64,000 bases of DNA from Callorhinchus milii (taxonomy: Eukaryota), in the NCBI RefSeq assembly GCF_018977255.1, contig NW_024704742.1, positions 126,666,001 through 126,730,000 on the forward strand, written 5' to 3'. Under the pieces are notes generated by a model, which saw nothing but the letters and a program-made list of their open reading frames with translations, was not told where the DNA came from and ran no database searches. Shown here one piece after another: positions 38,500 to 48,689 of this stretch. Position 1 is the stretch's first letter; the number at the start of each line of letters is the position of its first letter. A program made the translations under genes and the position numbers.

Positions 38500-39200
38500 C
38501 TCGGGGGCTTCAGACAGAGACACTGAGACCCAGAGAGGAGGAGGAGGAGGAGGAATGGCTGCCGGGGGGGGGGGAGGGGGGGGGTCTGCACTGCACCTCA
38601 GACAGACGTGAGCGGTGATGGAGCCGAGAGATCACTGACAGGACAGGACAGGGCGGGAGCTGAGGCCACGGATTAGTGATTTAATGCGTAACAACAACAA
38701 TAACAACAACAACAATAAGGATCTCCGGTCCCAGACACACAGTCACAGAGAGAGACGGAGAGACAGAGGGGGACACCGTTTCACACCCAATCCCCGGCCC
38801 CGGTGTTTGACAGCCGCCGCTCCGCTCCCCCCAAACATTCACACCCAATACAGCGACCTGTCCGCTGACCCCTCCCTCCCGGGCCTGACACCCCCCCACA
38901 CCCCCCACACCCCCCCCCTCCGCCCACACTCACCGCGCGGACCCCCTCCGCCGCCGCCGCCGCCGTCTCCACTGGTTACCGAGACCCCGCTGTCCGCTGT
39001 CTGTCAGTCAGTCACACGTGACTCTCCCTCTCTCTCTCCCTCTCTCTCTCGCTCTCTCCCGCCCAACGGTGCCGGGTTTGGGCGGGTTCACGCCCAACTG
39101 GGCTGGTTTTTTTTGCTTTGGGGAGGGTTTTGGTGGGGGGATGGGGGAGGGAGGGGAGGAGCAGGGTGGGGGGGGGGAACTCATCTTTAATTTAAAACTG
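38500..39200 (-). promoter_or_regulatory. CpG/GC-rich promoter region of RUSC2 with GC boxes and an E-box/CLEAR-like GTCACGTG
   Basis: GC/CpG-rich island in an AT-rich background; CCGCCC/GGGCGG near 39059-39087; CACGTGAC at 39015-39022; (CT)n tract at ~39023-39058. Confidence 0.6.
38934..39020 (-). other. RUSC2: Probable non-coding first exon of RUSC2 (5' end approximate)
   Basis: Lies in the only strongly CpG-rich segment of the window, contains (GGC)n, and ends at a canonical donor CGCG|GTGAGT (38933-38928) oriented toward the RUSC2 coding exons. Confidence 0.6.
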
Positions 39201-39274
39201 CAAAGCGTCTTTATCTGAAGACCCCTTTTCCCACATGGTTTCAAAAGTGCGAGCCTCAGCTCCGCTACCCCAAT

Positions 39275-39606
39275 AATAATATTATAATAATAATAATAAT
39301 CCTTGCATTTGATATCGCGCCTTTCACGTCGGGAGGACGTCCCAAAGCGCTTCACAGAACACACTGTAAAGTGAATTGACTGTATATTTGTGGGCGAACG
39401 CGGCAGCCAATTGCGCACAGCAATGTCCCACAAACAGTCGTAGATTGAAAATGACCAATTTATTATTGTTTTGGGGTTTTGGAGGGATTATTATTAGGCT
39501 CTGTGTGGAGTAAGGAAACTTGCCCAAGGTTTCGCCCTCTGCCTGGAATTGAACTCAGGTCTCTCACTTGCAAAGCGAGTGCTCTAACCACTGAGAAACA
39601 GGACTC
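39275..39606 (-). mobile_element. tRNA-derived SINE (same family) just upstream of the RUSC2 promoter
   Basis: Reverse complement of head (39530-39606) and tail with (AAT)n. Confidence 0.85.
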
Positions 39607-40958
39607 CACAATAGGTGTTGGGCTACTTTTGGGCGAGTTTTTGGTTGACATTGGGCTACAAACGGGCTTTTATTCCCTGCTCAGTGCCCACCCAACACAT
39701 CACATCACTGCACAGCACAGCCCCGGGTGCTGTCAGGTCACAATAACTATTACAATAATCCTGGCATTTACAATAGCGAGACTATAAGACGTCAAAGTGC
39801 TTTTGGGGAGACTTCTGCAGAACTGGAGACTGACTCCAGACCCGTGAAGGGTGTTATATAAATGCAAGTTGTTGCTGCTGCTGCACAGGTGGCAACCCCT
39901 CCACCCACAGCAGTGACCCAGTGTCAGCCACAACAACAGCTTCACATTGATATAGCGCCCTTCACAAAGGATAACATCTCAGAGCGCTTCGCAAAAACAG
40001 AGGCAAACTCTTGAGTAAAGGCAGAGACGGAATGGAAGGTACAATCGAAGGGGTAAGGTTTTGCGCAGGATTTAACAAAAGGTGCGGTTGCTGGTAGACA
40101 GAGTAAAACAACAACTTGCATTGGTGTAGCGCCGCTCATACAGGGTAGTGTCCCAGAGCGCTTGACAGTGGCGGAGCACGACCCCGAGCTGGGGGCGGTG
40201 ACTGAAGAGAACAACAACTTACCCTTATATAGTGCCCTCCACGCAGGGCAGTGTCTCAGAGCGCTTAAACATGGTCGAAAACAAATTACATTTGTATAGC
40301 GGTTTTCACGTCTATAGGACGTCCCAAGACCCTGAAAGTGGGTTTGCTGGGTTGGCACTGAAAGGAAGGTCTTCAGGCACAACCTGAAGGGTAAGGAGGG
40401 TTCAAGGCGGAAGACCTAAGGGAGTTTTCTAGAGTTTTGGAGCATATATCAAATGCAAGGATTATTATTATTATTATTATTATTATAGTGGCTGAAAGTG
40501 CGGCCATCAATGGTGGCACAGAGGGCACTTGAGACAAGCAGGAGGCCGCAGCCAGTCAAGCAGAGGCAATGGGTAGTGGGTTCAGAAGTAATAAGGTTGG
40601 AGAAGTAGGGAGGTGCCTGGGCATGAAGGACTTGAAGTTAAGATTTCAAGGCTGAAATCTTGGGCAAGTTTCCTTACTTCACGTGCTTGATAATCCCTCA
40701 ACAATAAGCAATAATAAAATTTGTCACTTTAATCCACGACTGTTTGAGGGACACTTCTGTGCGTAATTGGCTGCTGCGTTTCGCCCGCAAATATAGTCAA
40801 TTCACTTTACAGTATATTCTGTGAAGCGCTTTGAGACATCTAGAAGACGTGCAAGAATTATTATTATTATTATCTAGAATGATGAAATCAATTGGTTTAG
40901 ATCACTCGTGATCTGGAACAGATTGTGAATTATAATACTGAATAAATTAAAATCATCT

Positions 40959-40964
40959 TTTATT
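40959..40964 (-). terminator. Candidate distal polyadenylation signal (AATAAA) of the ATP8B gene, implying a 3' UTR of up to ~3.7 kb
   Basis: TTTATT on the plus strand at the edge of an AT-rich, nearly repeat-free stretch running from the stop codon; other AATAAA candidates exist (e.g. ~41668). Confidence 0.4.
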
Positions 40965-43900
40965 TTGATTATAAGAGATTTGATATAACAGATTCAAAAT
41001 ATACATTTAGAAATATTTACAATCATCAGTATTCATATGTAAAATGTTAAAATAATTTTCCATACATATATTCAATGATACACATTTGTTTTCGTTTGAA
41101 GCAGTAGTCTTTATGAAACAAATTTATTTGGTTTGGAGAAGGAAAACAAGCCTGACAAAGTGTGTCATTTTCAGCATGATAACATGTGTAAGTGACACAA
41201 TGATGTGCTTCAATGTGATCTGTGTCAATGCATCATTTAATTGTTTGCCAAAACACTTTGTAATGAATATGGTGCCCTTTAAATAATAAAGAACTAATGC
41301 AATTGCTGCTGCATTTTTCTGTATCACCTATTCTTGCAGTACAGTGAAATAGTTAATTGAAAACCAAAAATCTACATTGATTAATGATGGCAGAACTAAA
41401 ATTACGATAACCTTTGGTTTCCTTAAACTATTTTTCAAAATAATCAATATGTAGAATCCTTGGAATATATTCAAAATATGCTAAATTAAAAAGCAATACC
41501 ATATATCATCAGTGTATACAATACAAAATTATATTTGTAAAGCGCCTTTCACGTCACGACGTCCCAAGACACTGGACAGTCAGGGATTAGGACCTGAGCT
41601 GGTGTATACCAAAAAATGTTCATACAAAAGGTTTAAATTTGCACTTTTAAGACTTGCTAAAAACAGCTTTATTGCAATGAGTGCAACAAATACATTTCCA
41701 TGACTACCTTTGATTATACTCTTCAATTCCATCTTAAGGAGGTTTGGGAAGTTAGAATGATTATGGTGCATTCTACAATGTTATTATAATTATATTGACT
41801 TTCAAAACCTCTTTGAACCACCATCTGACTTAATTTTAGTTTAGTTTTTCTTCTCAATTTTGATGTAATTTCTGTTTCCCATCCATTCTTTGACCAAGGT
41901 AATAGGAAGGTCATCTTTTTTCAGAAGATGCTTTATTTAATCCTAGATTGAATCACTCTGTCCTTGCTATTGTCTTCCCAAACAACCTTGTTGAAATTGG
42001 GAACTTAATATTTGAGGTATTATGTATTTATATTGATGATACACCTGAGAATTTTGAGAAGTGTAAAAGAAGTACACACGCACATAAACTGTTGACAATT
42101 TCAAAGAAAGATTCTGTTGGATCCCAACCCTATTGAATTCCCCATCATTGGGGATTCAAGTCCTATGACTGTGTCTTAGTTAAATATTTCACTAGAGTAT
42201 GCTGTGGTTACAGATGAAGCATCTTGCAACAACAAAGCATTACACTTGGAGGGAAAGTAATATGAAAGTAAGAACGAATCACATAAACAAACTTCTGAAG
42301 AAAATTATCAGTGGTAATAAAATAGTCTACCACGTAGATCACTTTTTTTTACAGAAATTATTGATCAAAACATAACAACCAAATTCACCACTGATTGTTT
42401 GCCACTCAGACATTTATGCACTACAAAATGCAAAACATACAAGGGTTCTGTAAGTAGCTGAACAATGTCTGAATTAAAGAACTGGATGAAATTCAATGTC
42501 TGAATGAAAACCCCTCCATTTTACATTTCAATACATGCTTTTTGTATTTCTACTTGGGATTTAGAAACTTACAACAAATAAATATCTTCGGGTATGTTAA
42601 CATTGTCGTTTAAACATGTTTATGTTAAAAAAAATTATGTAATAGTATAAAAGGTATTCCATTTTTCTAAATAACAGCAAAAAAAGTTACATTTTCCTTT
42701 AAAAATATTTAAAATTGTAAATCTATCTACGTAGGCAGTGGATCATTTTACCCTATTGATAGTGCAATAATTACACAAAATTAACTGTCTTATGATCATG
42801 GTTTGAGAGATTTTCCGCCTTATACCTCATTTTATTTCAGTTAATTCCAAGAGACTACTATTACAGGAGCGCAAATAGGATTTTGTTCCATTTTAATATG
42901 CATAACTGCTAATTGGAAATAAAGGCATTTCCAGATACTGAGAAACTATGATATTTGAGCATGAATGCAAACACACCCACTGCAATTATAGTTTTTTTTG
43001 CGTTACTGGGTTTAGGTTTACACAAATCATTAATATGCAAAGTGCCATTTCAATGGTCATACATATTTTAAAAAATTCCCTTTTTTATTTATCTTTAGGA
43101 AATCAATCCGAGGATCTTATACATTCCCTAGAATTCTAAGTGTAATAACTCCTTAATGCATGCAGAAAATTATAAATCTCATGTAAAAGTATTGTAAAAA
43201 TAGCCTTTGGTATTCAATGTCTATTTAGACAGCAGACTATTTCCTCTATTGTGCTCTATGTCTTTTCCAGTTATATTATTGGCAACACTGCTTCTGAGAA
43301 AAAGGTTACAACTGTTTAATTAGCATGCCTGTGCTTACCATTTCATTTCCCCATCTATCATTAATAACTACTCTCTTCCCAAGTCAGAATACTGCCTGGG
43401 AGCACCACAGGTAGAACACACAGTTTACTGGAGGTCACACCTCAAAGGCAATCTGAATATAGATAAAACTGTTTATATTCTGCTTCTGCTGAATCTGAAC
43501 AAAGATGAACTGGCAAAGTTGAATATTCAAAGTTGAATAAGTCTAATGCCCATTTGTAATCTGGAACACTTTAAATTCACAAAGCAATACGATTAGCAGC
43601 AATTTACATATAACCAGTATAAGTAACTCTGAAGCCACTGATTGTATTCAACACACAACAGTGTTCTGTTTAGCATATTGTTTTGCTGACAAGACTGTTT
43701 GCTAACATGAGATAGCACATTTCCTACTATTGAATTTTGTCTCTTCAACACTGCAAGTGGTTAAACCCCAGCAGAGACAGTGTTTTGTAGAATGTATGAC
43801 CACCAACATGTATAACTTACATCACAAAGATTCAGAAATTCCAAATATGAAAGATGTACTACACTCCGAACAAATAAATTCCCAAATATTCTGAGTGAAA

Positions 43901-44644
43901 AGGGGTAAATGTAAAAATTCTAATGAAATCTTTGCTACCATCTACAGCATTGCTGTATTTTGAAAAATGTGGAATACACTCAGTTAGATCCCTTCACCAG
44001 CACACCGCGGGGGGCGGGGTGGCATTTTGTCTCCAGCAATAGTGCCACCACTGCATGTCTGATAAATGTATACTTTGAGCAGCCAACACACATACTGCTC
44101 CTTTTTCTCCCACTATGTAGTCATGCCTTATGTGTCATATGTATATGGTAATGTCATTGCATATTTGGTGTGATGAATGCTGCAAGGAACTAGGAAAAAC
44201 GCTCAATAAATGTGGCAGGGATGGGGTAGCGAGAGCACAGGTCAATTGTCAGGTAACTGCACTTTCACTTCAAGCTCAAGCTGAACATAGCATGAGAAAA
44301 GGTGTTTTTACAGAATATTCACTATCTGTTTAATGCCTCTAACATAAACATATAATATCCAAACATAAACACTTTAAATTAGGAGTGTTTCCTAAAAGAA
44401 AATTAAAATCAAGTGCTGGCTGCTTTGGATCACTGTCCTTTTATAACAAAGTTTCTTGTTTGTGTTGTTTACATCCAGGACGAATTATGCAGCAGACACA
44501 TAAAATCTTGCACTGTTCACAAATAGAGGAATTTGTGCAGCCAGTATCTCATTATGGACAAACCCTAATCGTCTTCACCAAGAGTTATTTATCATACTTC
44601 TCATATAAAGCCAGTTTTACTCTCTTCAAGGTCTCAATGTTCAC

Positions 44645-44863
44645 TTATCCTGATGACTTTTCAGTTTTAATTCCAGCAGAACTCCTAAAAGTTGGAGAAC
44701 GGAGAGCTTGTGGTCGCATATTCAATCCAGTCGTAATAAGGGCACCAAAGCCCCGCTGATGGGAGAAAGCATAGCCAGAACGACGTGCACTGACCCGTCT
44801 GATGGGTTGAGATTTTCGTTTAGGAAGGACTATTTTCTTTCTCTGGCTAAGTTTGTGTCGCAG
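44645..44863 (-). CDS. ATP8B5: ATP8B-type P4-ATPase last coding exon with C-terminal regulatory GYAFS motif
   Basis: LRHKL...RRVSARRSGYAFSHQRGFGALITTG...SSG*; tttttcag| acceptor; TAA at 44647-44645. Confidence 0.9.
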   Translation of the reverse strand: MRHKLSQRKKIVLPKRKSQPIRRVSARRSGYAFSHQRGFGALITTGLNMRPQALRSPTFRSSAGIKTEKSSG

Positions 44864-45248
44864 CTGAAAAAAACAATTTGAGGTTGTTCCGTGAGTGTTC
44901 ATTAACTAGAGATTTAGCACATATAGATAGCTAATTACACACGTGAGGGGAGGTATTCCACCATTGTCTAGACATAATCTATCTTTCAGAATCGAGAGGT
45001 TAGTAAATTCTTATTTCTCGACTTAACTTTTCATCCAAAAGATGGCACTCCCAGCACTGCACTGAAATGCCAGACTATGCAAGTTCAACATGTCGACATA
45101 GAGCTTGAACCCACAATTTTCTGACTCAGAAGCGAGAGTTCTACCACTGAGCCCAAATGACAACAATAAAAGCTAATGTAAATAGTAATAACATTTAAAA
45201 ATTTCTCCAGTTGACATCCTTTCTCTGTGGCATGCAGTGACTACCTAC

Positions 45249-45379
45249 TTTATCACTGAAGGTTGGTTTTGTTTCGATTGCGATACATCGTAAGATAATG
45301 GTTGGCAGAGAACATAGTACTGTTGTTAGGAAAATGGTTAACCATACATGTGGCTGGTTCAGGATGTTCCGAGCAGCAC
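45249..45379 (-). CDS. ATP8B5: ATP8B-type P4-ATPase exon (TM10)
   Basis: GAARNILNQPHVWLTIFLTTVLCSLP...PTFSDK; 131 nt. Confidence 0.92.
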
Positions 45380-46207
45380 CTGAAAAAAAAACCCAAAAGA
45401 ATTTACAAAAACTAAAATATTCCAAAGGTGAATTCTTTGGCTATTTACATAGAATGTATGGCACATAAACAGCCCATTAGAGATTTTCCAAGATGTGTTT
45501 AGTGACATTTGTGCTTTGCTTTTTTAATGTGATCTGAATCAATTAATTAATTTCTAATAATGCCCAACTATTTATCTTATATGGACACACAATGAAAACC
45601 AAAACAATATGTAGTTTATTCCTTCATTGCTAGCTACCTTGACTAAGTCACAAGTGTGTTATGAGGTAATTGGCAGAACAATCTAGTATTATCTTTATCA
45701 TCATTCTTCCTGTCATATGATACAGAACAGCAATTCGGGAAAATTCAGCATTTGCAATGATGGTACCTGAAATAATACTCTTAATGGTAATGTGAATAAA
45801 CTGTTTAGGAGCACATCTAAGGATGTAACATCCTTATGTAGAGATCAAAGATGAGCTTTTTTGGTTCTAGTCAATTGTTACATTATAATCTCATTTTGAC
45901 TACACAATGTAAAATTTGCTACATCCAACAAAGAGTGCATATTAGACCTGTGTCAGATAATGATCCAAATCCCTTGAAGAGTTAGTCTTGCAAACAGGCA
46001 TATTTGTAACACACTCTCACTTACTTATTTTGCTTTCCATTAAATATATATGCAGGAATATCAGAATTATTTTTTNCAGTACACTTGCTTGCTACAATTT
46101 TACTGCCTTTATCTTATAAATCTCTCCAAGATAATCAAGTTATCAGCCTTATAGTGAAACATTGAGATAATATTATTTAAAACATATTTGTAATAAAAAA
46201 TACATAC

Positions 46208-46346
46208 CTATAAAAGAAAATGCACCAGGAATTATCGCAAACAAGCCATTGCTGTACATTGTAAAGCTTATGGCAAAGTAAACAACAAGACTGCCCCAAA
46301 TAAAAAGGTGATTGAAAGCCGTCCAATATACAGTGTCAATTGCAAT
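46208..46346 (-). CDS. ATP8B5: ATP8B-type P4-ATPase exon
   Basis: IAIDTVYWTAFNHLFIWGSLVVYF...FSFIG; 139 nt. Confidence 0.92.
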
Positions 46347-46759
46347 CTGTTGACAAATAGCAAGATCCATAAAATCAGAATCAGACAATGTACATTATTT
46401 GTTAATAAATAATATATTTATATGTTAGTAAATATATATTTATAAATATAGTTTTAAAACATTTAGAACTATTGTGGATTTGGGGGCATTAAAGCACTTG
46501 AGGCTATATTACTAGGTTAAGACACCCAGTCACTGACTCAGAAACTTTTGGTTTCAAGTGCAACTATAGGAAGACCAAACCAAATTTAAGTAGAGTGGAA
46601 GCCGCTTAAGTCAGACACACTGAGGCCCGTTTTATCAGACAATGGTGTCCAAGGCTAACCAAAGTTGTCTTCCCTCCGAGTAGAGAGGTAATAGTGTCGC
46701 CTCCCTCCCACCGCCATTCCCATTGGACTGGAGCGGACCAAATAGCGGCAGCTCCCAGG

Positions 46760-46945
46760 TGATTGACAGCCTGAAGTTGAATGGATGGGCACTCCATTCA
46801 TTCACAAGTGGCTCAGCTGTCAATCAATCCCAATTTGACTCCGCCATTCCCCCCCTTTCGCCCCTGTTCCTCCGCCCTCTCGCTGATTGATAGCCTTAAA
46901 CCACTTGTGAATAGCTGGAGTGCGCAGCCAATCAATCAAAATTTG
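46760..46945. repeat. Nested inverted-repeat (fold-back) segment in an ATP8B intron
   Basis: gcactccattcattcacaagtggctcagctgtcaatca pairs with tgattgatagccttaaaccacttgtgaatagctggagtgc; additional stems tgattgacagc/gctgtcaatca and tgaatgga/tccattca. Confidence 0.7.
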
Positions 46946-47057
46946 ACTCCTCCCATCTCCATCCCGAAGCTGTTCATGGCTGTATGGACCCACTTGAATT
47001 GACCAAAATTTTAAGTATTCATAAAATCAAAAAAAAGCATTACATAACGATAATTAC

Positions 47058-47303
47058 CTCCATTGTAACAGTCAGAAGCAAACAGGTCTGAGCAATTAGA
47101 GCAAAAGACTGATAATCTGATGTAGTTTTTCCATCATCCCTGACTGTTTCATACAAAGCACCATAAGGAATATAGAAGAGAACCAGAGAACTGTAAATTC
47201 CATGGATAACACATTTAACAAACTCTAGTTTGTTGAAAAAAAGATCCAATTGGCCAGGTTCATAAAGTTGTGGATATGCAAGACTCCAGTAGTCATTCAC
47301 ATC
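47058..47303 (-). CDS. ATP8B5: ATP8B-type P4-ATPase exon
   Basis: DVNDYWSLAYPQLYEPGQLDLFFN...SDYQSFALIAQTCLLLTVTME; 246 nt. Confidence 0.93.
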
Positions 47304-47403
47304 CTGCAGAAGACAACACTTATGGTTACTATAGAAAGTCAGGACAAAGATACATAAAAAGATTTACCATGTAACAGTTATGAATATGTTGTCAACATGT
47401 AGT

Positions 47404-48030
47404 TGAAATTCTGTAGCTCAGTGGTTAGAGCACTCGCCTCGCAAGCGAGAGACCTGGGTTTGATTCCCGGCAGGGCACAATGTTGGGCAAGTTTCCTTAC
47501 TCCACACATCTCTGTTTACCTAGCAGTAAGTAGGAACCCAGTTGTTTGTCGATTGGCGAATCGCTTTTCCGGGGATAATAATCCCTCAAAAAAAAGTAAT
47601 AATTTGGTCACTCAAACCACGATTATTTGTGGAACACTGCTGTGCGAAATTGGCTGCCAAGTTTCGCCCACCCACAAATATACAGTCAATTCACATGGCT
47701 CTGGAACTCTATCCCCCAGTGCCTTCGCCTTGCCTCCTCCCTTTCCTCCTTCAAGGCCGGTCTCAAGACCTTTCTCTTTGACCGTGCCTTCAGCTCCCCT
47801 CTCGACTCTCTACCCCCTGCTCGCTCCCTCCCTTCTCTCCCCTCACCCTGACCATTTCCCCCTTGCTCGGGTCCTGACCCAACTGTACAGCGCCTTGGGA
47901 CGTCCTCCCGACGTGAAAAGCACTCAATAAATGGAATCTTGTTGTTGTTGTTACAGTATATTCTGTGAAGCGCTTTGAGACGGCTGGAAGACTTGAAAAG
48001 CGCTATATCAAATGAAAGGATTATTATTTA
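47404..48030 (+). mobile_element. tRNA-derived SINE with (ATT)n tail, interrupted by an L2 3' fragment (47696-47952)
   Basis: Head tgtagctcagtggttagagcactcgcctcgcaagcgagagacctgggtttgattccc (A/B boxes); body matches other copies; ends aaatgaaaggattattatt. Confidence 0.88.
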
Positions 48031-48419
48031 TATCTTATTATAACACCATATCTCCAACAATATAAAGAAAACATCACTGGTTGCTACTGTATACTGGCAG
48101 TGAGCTTTGGTATGTTGAGCTTTGAATCCATCGATAAGCAGTGTGACACCAGGAGAAATGCCTTACTTGTTTTGAATAGTGGCATAAGATCCTTAATATC
48201 CATCTGAACAGGTAGATGGGATCTTAGTTTACAATCTCATCTGAAGGCTGCAACTCCACAATGGAGTGAGTGCTCCTCCAGCATGGCATTAATTTCAATC
48301 TAAATTATGAGCTAAAAGTCCTGATATGGTGCTTGAATCTACAACCTTCTGACCCAGAGGTGAGAGTGTTCCTAACTGAGCAACGGAAAAGCAACAAGTT
48401 ATAAACTTGACAAACATAC

Positions 48420-48503
48420 CTGATTAAACAGACTCATTGCCAATATAGGAAGAGCTGTATATACTAAATTGTAAAGAGTAATGAACCATTCATCATACAC
48501 AGT
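48420..48503 (-). CDS. ATP8B5: ATP8B-type P4-ATPase exon
   Basis: TVYDEWFITLYNLVYTALPILAMSLFNQ; 84 nt, GT-AG; translated by hand. Confidence 0.92.
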
Positions 48504-48689
48504 CTGTGGAAAAAAAATGAAAACTATGAAGTCTAGCAATATAAGAAAGCTTCAAAAAAAAAAGCATAACAATTTAAAATAAAATTGAAATAAAATATCT
48601 AATCAGGTTTCATTGTGATTTCTTAGCACTTCTGCATTACTTTTCTATTTAATAGTTTTAACAATAAAAAATAATTTCATAATCATACA

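Noticed and set aside
38207-39433. Many Gly/Pro-rich ORFs in the ORF track
   Set aside because: Products of low-complexity GC-rich repeats with no domain signal.
39925-40340. Repeat-spacer appearance suggesting a CRISPR array
   Set aside because: Units are divergent retroposon tails with irregular spacing in vertebrate DNA, with no cas genes.
47404-47475. tRNA-like sequences (also ~19190, ~37740-37805, ~39530-39606)
   Set aside because: Each continues into the same SINE body and tail and has a degenerate acceptor stem; these are SINE heads, not tRNA genes.
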